Below are positions 47,464-58,672 of a DNA stretch of 64,000 nt, piece by piece (within the stretch, counting starts at the first letter, position 1; each line of letters begins with the position of its first letter). Position numbers and translations under genes: made by a program. The stretch is taken from positions 496,001 to 560,000 of the forward strand of contig JBEUKZ010000047.1 in NCBI GenBank assembly GCA_048128005.1, written 5' to 3'. The notes below the pieces were generated by a model. That model made no database searches. It was given only the letters and a program-made list of their open reading frames with translations, and was not told the origin of the DNA. The DNA comes from Veleropilina oligotropha. Taxonomy: Eukaryota.

Positions 47464-48015
47464 ACCCCCGATACCACGGTAGAGGTGGCACCAGGGTTCT
47501 ACAGCTTCGATTCCCTCGCCAAGACGATGAAGAGGTCCCTAGCTAACATGCGGCTCGAGGTAAGCTGTGCTACCGGACTCGCGCAACTCGTCCCAGAGGG
47601 GACTCGACTGGCGATAAGCGACGATATACGGAAGCTCCTCGGCTTCACCCTTTCAGGGTGGCTACTTATGACTTATGACAAGAACAAGCCTGTCGGGTCG
47701 CTGCAATGGCTACGCCCCGGGACTTATGACGGGAACAAGCCCGTCGGGTTTGCCATAGCAGCGACCCTACACGTTCATCTGGAGAAGCTCGGAACAACAC
47801 ACAATATGAAGGACGGCGCCCCGAGCAATATTCTCGCGGTGGTCCCTATAACGTCGCAGATGTTCGGTGAGGCTGCCCACTATCATAGCTATCCAGCCTT
47901 CCGGCGACTACAGGCGGGGCTACTCACATAATTGAAGGTGTATGTCACCGACTCAGATGGTAACCCGCTCGACAATCACGGTATGCCTATTTCCGCCGTC
48001 CTTGAGATACAATGA
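47464..48015 (+). pseudogene. Truncated penton-like gene with premature stop
   Basis: Copy of 33050-33601 with TAA. Confidence 0.72.
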
Positions 48016-48371
48016 GCAGCATCTACGGGACCCCACTCCTGCTTGCAGATGAGCCTTCAGCGACCCAGTGGCACTTTGTTCTTAGTTGTGGGGAAGCGCC
48101 CAAGAAGGGGCTGGCGAGGAGGGAGTTTATGATCCCAAACGCTGGAGGTCGGTTTGGGTTGAACCCAGCCCTTCTAATGATCCACATGACGCCGGTCCAG
48201 CCGGCCGGGGGCGCCCCCAAAGCGTGTTCCATAAATAGACTTGGCCTGGATTCGGACAAGTTGACCCTCGCCTTTGCCATCAAGGCCCCCTGGGTGAACA
48301 CCCTTTATTTGAACGTTACGGTAGACATTCGGAATCAACAGGCTGAACAATACAGCCACGGGGGGGACTAG
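48012..48371 (+). CDS. 119-aa hypothetical protein (copy 6)
   Basis: Copy of 232-591. Confidence 0.55.
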   Translation: MSSIYGTPLLLADEPSATQWHFVLSCGEAPKKGLARREFMIPNAGGRFGLNPALLMIHMTPVQPAGGAPKACSINRLGLDSDKLTLAFAIKAPWVNTLYLNVTVDIRNQQAEQYSHGGD

Positions 48372-49031
48372 GGGGTTTTGAAATAATCTAGGGGGGGCCC
48401 GGGGAGACCGGGGAGGCTCCCAGCCCTATTTCCGAACTGAGGGGCTCGTAATATATACCCGCAGGGCATTTTAGTAGAATTCGGGGAGGGGGGCCCGGGG
48501 GGTCGCCGGGGAGGCTCCCAGCGCCATCCGAAACTAGGGTAGCTTAGAATAGTCTATTTGGGGGCATTTTATAAGAATGGGCCAGGGGCGCGTCTATCAA
48601 TTGTATTGTTTAATTTTGCTTCCTGGTCTCGAAAGAAGGCGGCGCAAAGGCGGTGGGTGCGGTAAACGCAAGGTGGACAGTAAGTACAGCATGCGCAAGG
48701 TGGATAGTAAGTGGTCGGGGGGGGGGGTACGGCATGTTCAAGTTGGATAGTAAGTGGTCGAATAGATACGGCAAGGTTCACAGGGTGGCCATAGCTTTTA
48801 ACATGGTCAACAGGGTAGCCATAGCTGTGTGATCGACAAGGTGACCATAGGTGTTTAAAAATAACCTCTTAAAAAAATTTGCTGCAGTTTCGAGAGAAAC
48901 AGCCATATATATCTATATTTGGAAAAGACAAACGGAACAGGCCCAATGCCAAATTTTATTTTGTTGAGAATTCCAAGTATTGCACCATAGTATTAATAAA
49001 CTCAGCGTCACTCTTAACCTGTCCATTGCAG

Positions 49032-49953
49032 AGTAGGCATCGAGTTCAGTCTGACCCCAAACGACGTACACGGCCTCCCACCGAACCTGGCGTTCCTGTA
49101 TGAGTTCACCAACAAAATGATGAAGAAGGATAAGAACACAGTGTGAGTTCTCTGATGTTTATGGCTACACAGTGTGAATTCTTGGATGTTATGTTTACAA
49201 ATATATAATTATTTGGGTATTGATTGCATTGAACTTGTGATTGTATTCATTCAGGATCTTCCATTTTTTTCTCCATTTTGTTTGATTGGCGTCATCGACT
49301 GAGCAGTTACCACTCCAGGCATCCTACTTGTGCAAAAGAAAATCAAAATCAATTTAGCATAAACCACAATTACAGTAAAATGTCAGACTACATATTCACA
49401 TTCTAATGATCTGACTAATCATATCTCATCCATTTTTTATAAGTTGAATATTTTATAGGATGAATTACTATGCTACTTAGGATTTGTCTTTGATAAGTAT
49501 GGATTTGTCTTTGATAAGTATGCAAAGAGCGATGGCAGTCCTTAGCAGTGATCCATATGTACGAGAATAGTATTGGTGAATCTAGTACATTAATTGTATG
49601 CGTGGCGAAGTCTGCCTATATGTTTTCGCACAACTCAAAAAGTCTTATCTTGTGTACAGATGTGCCATGGGACGAAGGAGAAGCCTATTTATTTTAACTT
49701 CAGGCACTTTGGTTGAATAGGTAAAGAATTTAACCATTGTATAATGCTTCATTATGTTACTCATGTTAGTTATGTGCTTACCGTGTTTTCTCTGGCAGCG
49801 TGAACTACCTGGACAAGCACCAGTCGGCCCTCTGTGAGGGATGGCAGCTGCTGCAGGGGTATAGAAACCGCCTGGTGCAGGTGAAGCACAAGACCCGCCC
49901 GATCATACGAAGGAAGGCGGCGCAAAGGCGGTGCGTTAAGCGCAAGGTGGACA
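49032..49953 (+). pseudogene. STAG1/2: STAG/SA fragment, copy 6 (exons 49032-49142, 49799-49953)
   Basis: Copy of 1249-2170. Confidence 0.8.
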
Positions 49954-50423
49954 GTAAGTACAGCATGCGCAAGGTAGATAGTAAGTGGTCGGGGGGGGTA
50001 CGGCATGTTCAAGTTGGATAGTAAGTGGTCGAATAGATACGGCAAGGTTCACAGGGTTACCATAGCTTTTAACATGGTCCACAGGGTAGCCATAGCTGTT
50101 AACATGGTCCACAGGGTAGCCATAGCTGTTAACATGGTCCACAGGGTTACCATACCTTTTAACATGGTCCACAGGGTAGCCATAGCTGTGTGATCGACAA
50201 GGTGACCATAGGTGTTTATACGGTCAATAAATCCAAATGCATTCCATTCCTCTAGTTCTTGGGTTTTGGACCGCATATATAATGTAATTATCATTTTTAT
50301 CCCCCGCCCGAAGGGTAGCGGGGGATATTGTTGTTGCCATGTCCGACCGTACGTCCATAAACAATTTGGTTAAAGTTTCGAATTGAGGGTGTGTAGCTTG
50401 CCCATGATACTTTTTGGCATATA

Positions 50424-51657
50424 TCGGGTGGCCAATAAAAAACTTCCCGAACTTTAAAGGTTAATAACTTTGCAATGAACCACTATATTGTTATGAAACT
50501 TCACACAAGTAAAAAATGTAATGTTGTTAATATATTCTGAAAGATTCAAGTCTCTATATCATATACTTTTTCTGTAGTCGGATAAATATAAACAAACGTC
50601 AAAAACGGCAAGGGCTACGTCCAAAAAGCTGCATAGTTATCTTATATTTACTGAAAGAAGTGATCAATATGGCCTCTATCTGCTTCAAAAACTCCTCTGA
50701 GTTTTTTTTCCACCTTGATATCGTACTTCTAACCTCTCGAAGACATATTTTGTCCCAGCATTTCTTCAGCCTCTTTTTTAGTTCACATTCATTAAACACA
50801 TATGTACGCCCTTCGTACACTTTCTCTGACAGATTATTCCAAATGGAATAGTCCATTGCGTTGAGGCCTGGACTCATCCACTGACTGATCCAAGAAGGCT
50901 TGCGTAGACCTACTTGTGTGCGAAGTTGCCCCATCCTGTTGGAAAACAAAACTTCCATCAGGATAGAGCCGACGGCAATCAGGCAAGAGTCCCTTTTCCA
51001 ATAGTTTTTGATGTCTTTCACTTTTTTGGTATCAATAGTGAAGCATCGTTTTTCCATTCCACGATACCCCTGCAGAAACCATATTTTCTTGGTAAACCTT
51101 GATGTTTCATGGTACAGTCTTGTGGTGGATATATCCCATTTCATTCTTCCGTACACCCTAGCGTTTTGGCGGTTACGCGCCACCTCATACGTGAAGTCTT
51201 TCTCGTCCGTAAAGACAAGTCTTTTTGCATCCTGTTTGGAATACCTGCTGTATAACTTTTTGGGGTCTTCCTTTTTTGTTTGACTGTTTTATCCCGCCGT
51301 GAAACTTTTACGCGTTTGGAAGATTTTAATTCCAATTTGTTAGTAATGTTCTGAACTGATGAGCGTGAAATTTCCAGATCTTTGGCAATTTTCTGCTGAG
51401 ACTTATGAGTCCCTGGCTTGTCCTCTTGCGACACAATTGCTTCTTCCACGTAAACCTTATTTGTTTCAGTATTTGCGGTTCTTGGCCTTCCACTACCTTG
51501 TTTTCTACTGGTTGAACCTGAAGTCCTTATTCTCTCAATAAGGAGGTTGACTGTTCGCACATTCCACTTTGTATCAGGGAATTCCCTTATAATCCTTGCA
51601 CCACACCAGCCCTTTTCCTTGAAACATGCCTCAATAACTGCTTTATCACTCTGATTA
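50424..51657 (-). mobile_element. Tc1/mariner transposon remnant, copy 6
   Basis: Copy of 2641-3874. Confidence 0.9.
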
Positions 51658-53456
51658 ATTGAATTGAATTGATGTTTAACGACCACGCCGACACTATAAT
51701 GGTCATAATCGGGTCGGTCAAGTTAATTATATAATAGTTTAATATAAAAAGATAAAAGTTGTGATACATATTTAATAATAAAATGAAACAGGTGTGAAAA
51801 ATAATAAAACGAATCAATATATTTACAAGTAAAATAGGCAATGCAAATTTGGATAAAAGCAAATCAATAAAAGGAAAATTAACATGGTATATTTACAGGT
51901 TAAAACGATATATATGCAAAGCAATAAAATTAAAATAAAAACAAGTATAATAATAAAAACAAGATATCATATTTGTGAAATAAAATATAAATTATAACTT
52001 GTAAAAAATATTTACTTGTTTTAAAAACTCAAATATGTTTTCGAGCTTAGTGAATTTAAATAACTCTTGGAGTGAGTTTACCCTAAAGTGCTTTTGGCGT
52101 GCGAGATCCAAATCGACACAATCCAATAATATATGTTTAATTGTTAGGGCAGTTGCACAAGGAATACACTCAGGTGGAGGCTCCCCTTTAAGCAAGTAGG
52201 AGTGAGTGTAGTATGAATGCCCAATTCTCAGTCTGGCCAAGACGACCTCCTCTCGCCGAGATGGCCTGCAAGAGGGTCCCCAGTCACCAAGAAGAGGTTG
52301 GACAATCTGCAGTTTATTCCTTGTGCATTCACTCCAAGAGTGCTGCCAAGTAGAATTTATATATTTGTTTATGCTTTGTTTAAAATCAGTGTGGGGCAAT
52401 TTGCAGTTTAGTGTGTGGTTAAAATGCGAGGCTGCCTTGGCAGCTTGGTCAGCCTTCTCATTACCCTGGATACCGATATGGCTCGGTATCCAGCATAAAA
52501 TAATGTCATTATCCGGTAAAAGGTTATTATATTTAATTAAAATATCTATAATAATAGGGTTTCTATTCACCCCCCTCAATGCCTGTAATCTAGAGAGGGA
52601 GTCTGAATAGATAATAAAACGCTTGCTATTACTCATTGATATAAAATTGAGCGCAAGCTCGATTGCCTTCAATTCTGCAGTAAATATAGTCGCACTGCCT
52701 GACAGACGGTTTTGAAAACATTGTCTACCAGTAACAGCGGCTGCTCCTACTAATTCTGCATCTTTTGAACCATCTGTATATATGCTTGCACGATCTGAAT
52801 ATTTTAAATTGAGATCGTGCACTTTTAAGAGATAATCTGATGTGTCTGTGTTTGATTTTTTTAGTGAAGTAAGATGTAGGTCAATTTCCGGTAATTTAAG
52901 TGTCCATGGTGGAGTATCCGGAATGTAATTTGTTCTAATTTGAGCTACATGTATGCCAGTGCTTTCTAGTGCAGGTTTTATGCGAATGCCGAATGGTGCA
53001 ATTTTGTTTGGTTTTGCCAGAAATAAATTTTCGTAATTAGGTGTAAATACAGTTTCGAAAGCTGGGTTAGATGGGTGTGATTTTAATTTGATTGCATATT
53101 GCAGTGATAATTTTTCACGTCTGTGTGTAAGAGATGGTTCATTTGCTTCAACATAGAGGCTTTCCATGGGTGATGTGCGGAAAGCCCCTAGTGCAAGTCG
53201 AAGCCCTTGGTTATGGATTGGATCAAGCATGTTAAGATATGAATGGCGAGCAGAGCCATATACTATGCTCCCATAATCAAGTTTTGATCTAATTAATGAT
53301 CTGTATAGTCGTAATAAAACTGTTTTATCAGCACCCCATTCAGTATTAGAAACTACTTTCATTATATTTAAAGCTTTTTTACATTTAGCTTTAATGTATT
53401 TTAAATGCGGTATGAAAGACAGTTTTCGGTCAAATACAAGGCCCAAAAATTTAAAT
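51658..53456 (-). mobile_element. 5'-truncated I/Nimb-like LINE, copy 6
   Basis: Copy of 3875-5673. Confidence 0.95.
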
Positions 53457-53675
53457 AATAAAAAAAAACGCACACGAGATGATCAAAACGCATAGTCAAC
53501 GGGCACATATGTGGTCAAGATTAGGACAACATCTTCAAAACCGAAGAAAATATCTAAAGGACAGGGAAAGCGGAAAGCGATCACAATTCATTGCAACACA
53601 TTCAGGACCAACTTCTAACCATTCTTCTGTACTGGTGCCTACTCCTGTCCATCAAAGGCCACTAGATCTGATGAA

Positions 53676-54059
53676 GTGAATACCATGGCCACCTGCCAAT
53701 TGCAACCAACAGCCGCCAAAATGTCAACGTACAAAATCCCGAAAAAACAAGTACCGGTGTCAAACCAACCGCCTGTCTTATGCTTCCAGCCAGGACAGTT
53801 GGTAAACATTATGAATCGCAATGGAACGTGTCTTGGAACTGGAATTTTCATATCTAATAAAGATAATGTGTTCGCTGAAGTTGTTTTGAAGACAAAATTA
53901 TCTCAAATGTTGTCTAGTGATCATGATTCAGATGAGTTGCCACAACCATGCGGTAGTATTTATCACTTCAACCAACTAGAAAATAAACAGTTGTTTACCT
54001 GGAAACTTGTTAATATGACCTTCTGGCCGTGGGAAAGCTGTCCCAATGAAGACTCCTGA
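53676..54059 (+). CDS. 127-aa hypothetical ORF, copy 6
   Basis: Copy of 5893-6276. Confidence 0.35.
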   Translation: MNTMATCQLQPTAAKMSTYKIPKKQVPVSNQPPVLCFQPGQLVNIMNRNGTCLGTGIFISNKDNVFAEVVLKTKLSQMLSSDHDSDELPQPCGSIYHFNQLENKQLFTWKLVNMTFWPWESCPNEDS

Positions 54060-54093
54060 TCAGCCACAGGAACACGCAGTCAAATGATCCTCT

Positions 54094-54522
54094 TTGAATA
54101 AAAAAGTACTGGTAACCACATGCACTGCACCATCTACAATTAAACCACCGGGCATGCCAGTACAAGTGTGCACCACTAGTACTGATCATGAATTCGAAAT
54201 TGCATTGATGGAATGGGCGGAAGGCAAATTGTATCTTGGTGTATTAAGTAAAGATGGAGCAGTTGTTAAAAATTGTCCTAACTATATTGCAAAGATCACC
54301 AATGATGACGTAAAGATTTGTTCATCTATAAAATGGAACATGCTCTCTCTGAATGCCCAAGACATCCAGAGAAATCCTGATATGAAATATTGTGTGTGGA
54401 AATCAGCTGCATCTGGGCCATTGGCAAGTTATACAAAAGGAGCAAAGGAAATTAGAATCAGTAATGTGGCAGCATTCCTCGCTGAGATGAAGGATCACTT
54501 GATAACATATGATGATCAATAG
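54094..54522 (+). CDS. 142-aa hypothetical ORF, copy 6
   Basis: Copy of 6311-6739. Confidence 0.3.
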   Translation: MNKKVLVTTCTAPSTIKPPGMPVQVCTTSTDHEFEIALMEWAEGKLYLGVLSKDGAVVKNCPNYIAKITNDDVKICSSIKWNMLSLNAQDIQRNPDMKYCVWKSAASGPLASYTKGAKEIRISNVAAFLAEMKDHLITYDDQ

Positions 54523-54541
54523 TGATTTATTTCCTCTGCAG

Positions 54542-54639
54542 GCCAAGAAGATAGAGGAACTGGAGGCAGAGCTGGCCGCGTCCGAGAGGCAGCGACGGGC
54601 CACAGAGTCCGAGCTGCAGGATGAGATCGCCAACAGCAA
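54542..54639 (+). pseudogene. Myosin-tail-like exon, copy 6 (LINE B inserted at its donor site)
   Basis: Copy of 6759-6856. Confidence 0.6.
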
Positions 54640-54930
54640 GTAAGTCAAGATTTGATTTGATTTGATTTGATTTGATGTTTAACGACCACGCCGACATTAT
54701 TTCAGTCATAATCGGGTCAATAAAATAGAAATGATCGTGATTGGTATATTTACAGGTTAAAATATATAAATATCGATAAAAAAGCAAGTAAAAACAATGT
54801 AAATTTAGATAAAAACAAAGCAATAAAATAAAATGCTAGTGATGATAAAATGGTTGATAAAAACAAGTATAATAATAAAAAACAAAATCTGAAATTTGTG
54901 AAATAAATACTATTAAAAATAAAATATAAA

Positions 54931-57900
54931 TTATAACTTGTAGAAAATATTTACTTGTTTTAAAAACTCGAATAAAGCTTCGAGCTTAGTGAGACTAAAT
55001 AACTCTTGGAGCGAGTTTGCCCGGAAGTACTTTTGGCGTGCGAGATCCAAATCGACACAATCCAATAATATATGTTTAATTGTTAGGGCACATGCACAAG
55101 GGATACACTCAGGTGGAGGCTCCCCCTTAAGCAGGTAGCAGTGAGTGTAGTGGGAATGCCCAATTCTCAGTCTAGCTAAGACAACCTCTTCGCGGCGAAT
55201 GATCCTGTAAGATGGAACCCATTCGCCAAGAAGAGGCTTGATTGCATGCAATTTATTCCTTGTGCATTCACTCCAAGAGTGCTGCCAAGTAGTATTTATA
55301 TATTTGTTTATGTTTTGTTTAAAATCAGAGTGGGGTAATTTACAATTTAGTGTATGGTTAAGATGTGAGGCTGCCTTGGCAGCTTGGTCAGCCTTCTCAT
55401 TGCCTTGGATACCAATGTGACTTGGTATCCAGCATAAAATAATGTCATTATAGGGTAAAAGATTGTTATACTGTATTAAAATATCATAAATAAGAGGGTT
55501 TCTATTCATCTCCCTCAATGCTTGTAAGCTAGAGAGGGAGTCTGAATAGATAATAAAACGCCTATTAACACTAGTTGATATAAAATTGAGTGCAAGTTCG
55601 ATTGCCTTTAGTTCCGCAGTAAATATAGTCGCGCTGCCTGGCAGACGGTTTTGAAAACATCGTCTGCCAGTGACAGCGGCTGCTCCTACTAATTCTGCAT
55701 CTTTTGAACCATCTGTATATATACTTGCACGATCTGAATATTTTAATTTCAGATCGTGCAATTTTGTGAGATAATCTGTTGTGTCTGTATTTGATTTTTT
55801 GAGTGATGTAAGATCTAGGTCAATTTCCGGTACTTTTAGTGTCCATGGTGGAGTATCCGGAATGTAATTTGTTTTAATTTGATCTATATTTATGTTTGAC
55901 TTTTCTAGTGCTGGTTTTATGCGAATGCCTAATGGTGCAATTTTGTTTGGTTTTGCCTGAAACAGAATTTCGTAGTTAGGTGTAAATACAGTTTCGAAAG
56001 CTGGATTAGATGGATTTGATTTTAATTTAATTGCATACTGCAGTGAAAGTTTTTCGCGTCTATGTGTAAGTGATGGTTCGTTTGCTTCGACATAAAGGCT
56101 TTCCATGGGTGATGTACGGAAAGCCCCTAGTGCCAATCGAAGCCCTTGATTATGGATTGGATCAAGCATTTTAAGGTAAGAATGGCGAGCAGAGCCATAT
56201 ACAATGCTCCCGTAATCAAGTTTTGATCTAATTAAGGATCTATATAATAGGAGTAAAACTTTTTTATCAGCACCCCATTCAGTATTAGAAACTACTTTCA
56301 TTAAATTTAAAGCTTTCTGACATTTAGCTTTGATATATTTGATATGAGGTATGAAAGTCAGTTTGCGGTCAAATATAAGGCCTAAAAATTTAAATTGGTC
56401 CACCACTGGAATCTCAAAGTCATCCAGTTTCAGCACAGGGTCGTCGTGTATTTCACGACGCTGGCAAAAGTGCATGCATTTAGTTTTGTCCTTTGAGAAT
56501 TTAAATCCATTCTCATCGGACCATATCTGTAATTTATTTAGGCCATGTTGTAACTGGCGTTCTATACTGTTCATATTTGTTGAACGATAGCAAATGCCAA
56601 AATCGTCAACAAACAATGAACAGTCAGTGCCAGTACTAATACATTTGACAATACTGTTTATTTTAATACTGAATAGGGTGACTGATAAAATACTTCCTTG
56701 AGGGACACCCATCTCCTGGTCGTGAAGGTCGGAAAGGGTGTCACCCACCTTGACTTTAAAAATTCGGTCCTCAAGGAATTTTGAGATAAAAGTGGGCAAG
56801 TTGCCCTTTAAGCCAAAATCAAACAAATCTTTCATAATCCCGTACTTCCATGTAGTATCGTAGGCCTTCTCTAGATCGAAAAAAACAGCAACTAAGTGTT
56901 GTCTGTTTAAGAAGGCCTCACGAACAAAAGTTTCCAAACGTACCAAATGATCAATTGTGCTCCGGTTCCTACGGAATCCACTTTGATATTCTGTTAATAA
57001 ATTATTGGATTCAAGATACCAAACTAATCTCTCGTTTATCATCCGTTCCATGGTTTTACAAATACAACTCGTCAGAGCTATAGGTCGATAACTGTTTGCA
57101 TGCGATGGGTCTTTCCCTGCCTTGGGAACTGGAATAACGGTAGCTTCCCTCCATGCGGATGGGAAGATTCCAGTTTCCCAAATGGTATTGAATAATGCAA
57201 GGAGAGTTGCAAGTGATGTTTCAGGTAAGTGCTTTAGTAACTGATAGTGTATATCATCAGGACCAGCTGATGTGTCATGTGCCTTGTTTAGTGAATCTGT
57301 GAGTTCTTTGCGTGTAAATGGTTGATTGTATGATTCAGAATTGTTAGATCTAAAGTTTAGCCTTGTTTTTTCCTTTTGATGTTTGAAACGGGTAAATTTT
57401 GGTGTACAGTTATCGGATGATGAATTGGCAGAAAATGTATCTGCCAAAGTATTTGCAATGTCTTTAGCTGAGGTTGCTTCTGAGGTGTTTGTTTTAATAT
57501 GCTTGATACAGTTGGGTATATGTTTGCCGCTGATTTTACGGATCATATCCCATGTCTTTTTAATAGTGGAACGAGAGTTTAGTTTGGTAACATAGGAATG
57601 CCAGGATTCCCTTTTGCTTTGCTTGATGGTACGTCTGGCTTTTGCCCTTAGTAGCCTATAGCTATTAAGGTTTTGTAATGTTGGGTTGTGTTTAAATGTT
57701 GAAATTGCATGTATGCGTGTTTTTATTGCTTGCCTGCAGTCTTCATTAAACCAAGGTTTACTTTTGTGTTTTGCATTTGGACAGGTCTTTGGAATTGAGA
57801 GTGTTGCAATGTCATGTAATATCGTAGAGAAACTTGATATTGGGTCATCGCCATTAGTGAAGTTGTTTGAGTGTAATTGGTCTTCGCAAAGGGATTGGAA

Positions 57901-58614
57901 TCTTGGCCAATCAGCTTTGTAAAGTTTCCACCTTTCAGTGTATGTTTGTGCTTGGTTAATTGTGCTTTCCAGGAAAATTGGAAAGTGGTCGCTTCCGCGG
58001 AGGTCCTCACCAACTTTCCAAGTAAAGTCCAGGAAAGCAGATGGGTCGCACATGGTAAGGTCAATGGTGGTAAGTGAGCCTGTAGGTGGATGCATGTATG
58101 TTGGCGATTTGGTAGTATTAAATAAACACAGATTGTGTTTCCCAATAAAGTCCTCTATTTGATGTCCCCGTTTATCTGTATCAGTACCGCCCCAATCCGT
58201 ACTGTGGGCGTTAAAATCGCCACACAATATAAATGGGGTCGGTAGCTGATTGATGAGATTGTCAAGGTCAGTAGGTCGTAAGTTTGTACTAGGTGGTAAG
58301 TATACCGAGCAGATAGTTATTACTCTGTGGGTCGATATTTTCACTGCTACTGCCTGTAAGTTTGTGTTTAAGTTGACCTGACTGTGTGGTGTTCTGTTGT
58401 TGACAATGATTGAAACCCCCCCTGTTGCTTTGTCACCTGTGGTGACAATGTGATTGTATAGTGAGTGGTCTTTGATATGTATGTTGTCTGTGAGTTTCAT
58501 GAAGGTTTCATTAAGACATAATGCTGTTGGTTTGTGTTCTTGAATTAATAGACTGATCTCATCAATATTAGGTTTAATGCCTCTACAATTCCATTGTATT
58601 ATTGTGCCTGACAT
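54931..58614 (-). CDS. LINE ORF2: AP endonuclease + reverse transcriptase + RNase H + CCHC, 1227 aa
   Basis: Same motifs as 41235-44918; a diverged subfamily. Confidence 0.97.
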   Translation of the reverse strand: MSGTIIQWNCRGIKPNIDEISLLIQEHKPTALCLNETFMKLTDNIHIKDHSLYNHIVTTGDKATGGVSIIVNNRTPHSQVNLNTNLQAVAVKISTHRVITICSVYLPPSTNLRPTDLDNLINQLPTPFILCGDFNAHSTDWGGTDTDKRGHQIEDFIGKHNLCLFNTTKSPTYMHPPTGSLTTIDLTMCDPSAFLDFTWKVGEDLRGSDHFPIFLESTINQAQTYTERWKLYKADWPRFQSLCEDQLHSNNFTNGDDPISSFSTILHDIATLSIPKTCPNAKHKSKPWFNEDCRQAIKTRIHAISTFKHNPTLQNLNSYRLLRAKARRTIKQSKRESWHSYVTKLNSRSTIKKTWDMIRKISGKHIPNCIKHIKTNTSEATSAKDIANTLADTFSANSSSDNCTPKFTRFKHQKEKTRLNFRSNNSESYNQPFTRKELTDSLNKAHDTSAGPDDIHYQLLKHLPETSLATLLALFNTIWETGIFPSAWREATVIPVPKAGKDPSHANSYRPIALTSCICKTMERMINERLVWYLESNNLLTEYQSGFRRNRSTIDHLVRLETFVREAFLNRQHLVAVFFDLEKAYDTTWKYGIMKDLFDFGLKGNLPTFISKFLEDRIFKVKVGDTLSDLHDQEMGVPQGSILSVTLFSIKINSIVKCISTGTDCSLFVDDFGICYRSTNMNSIERQLQHGLNKLQIWSDENGFKFSKDKTKCMHFCQRREIHDDPVLKLDDFEIPVVDQFKFLGLIFDRKLTFIPHIKYIKAKCQKALNLMKVVSNTEWGADKKVLLLLYRSLIRSKLDYGSIVYGSARHSYLKMLDPIHNQGLRLALGAFRTSPMESLYVEANEPSLTHRREKLSLQYAIKLKSNPSNPAFETVFTPNYEILFQAKPNKIAPLGIRIKPALEKSNINIDQIKTNYIPDTPPWTLKVPEIDLDLTSLKKSNTDTTDYLTKLHDLKLKYSDRASIYTDGSKDAELVGAAAVTGRRCFQNRLPGSATIFTAELKAIELALNFISTSVNRRFIIYSDSLSSLQALREMNRNPLIYDILIQYNNLLPYNDIILCWIPSHIGIQGNEKADQAAKAASHLNHTLNCKLPHSDFKQNINKYINTTWQHSWSECTRNKLHAIKPLLGEWVPSYRIIRREEVVLARLRIGHSHYTHCYLLKGEPPPECIPCACALTIKHILLDCVDLDLARQKYFRANSLQELFSLTKLEALFEFLKQVNIFYKL

Positions 58615-58672
58615 GTTGGTTTAATGGTGTGTGTATTAAGTTATTTGTTTGTAATGTTATGTTAAAATTTGC

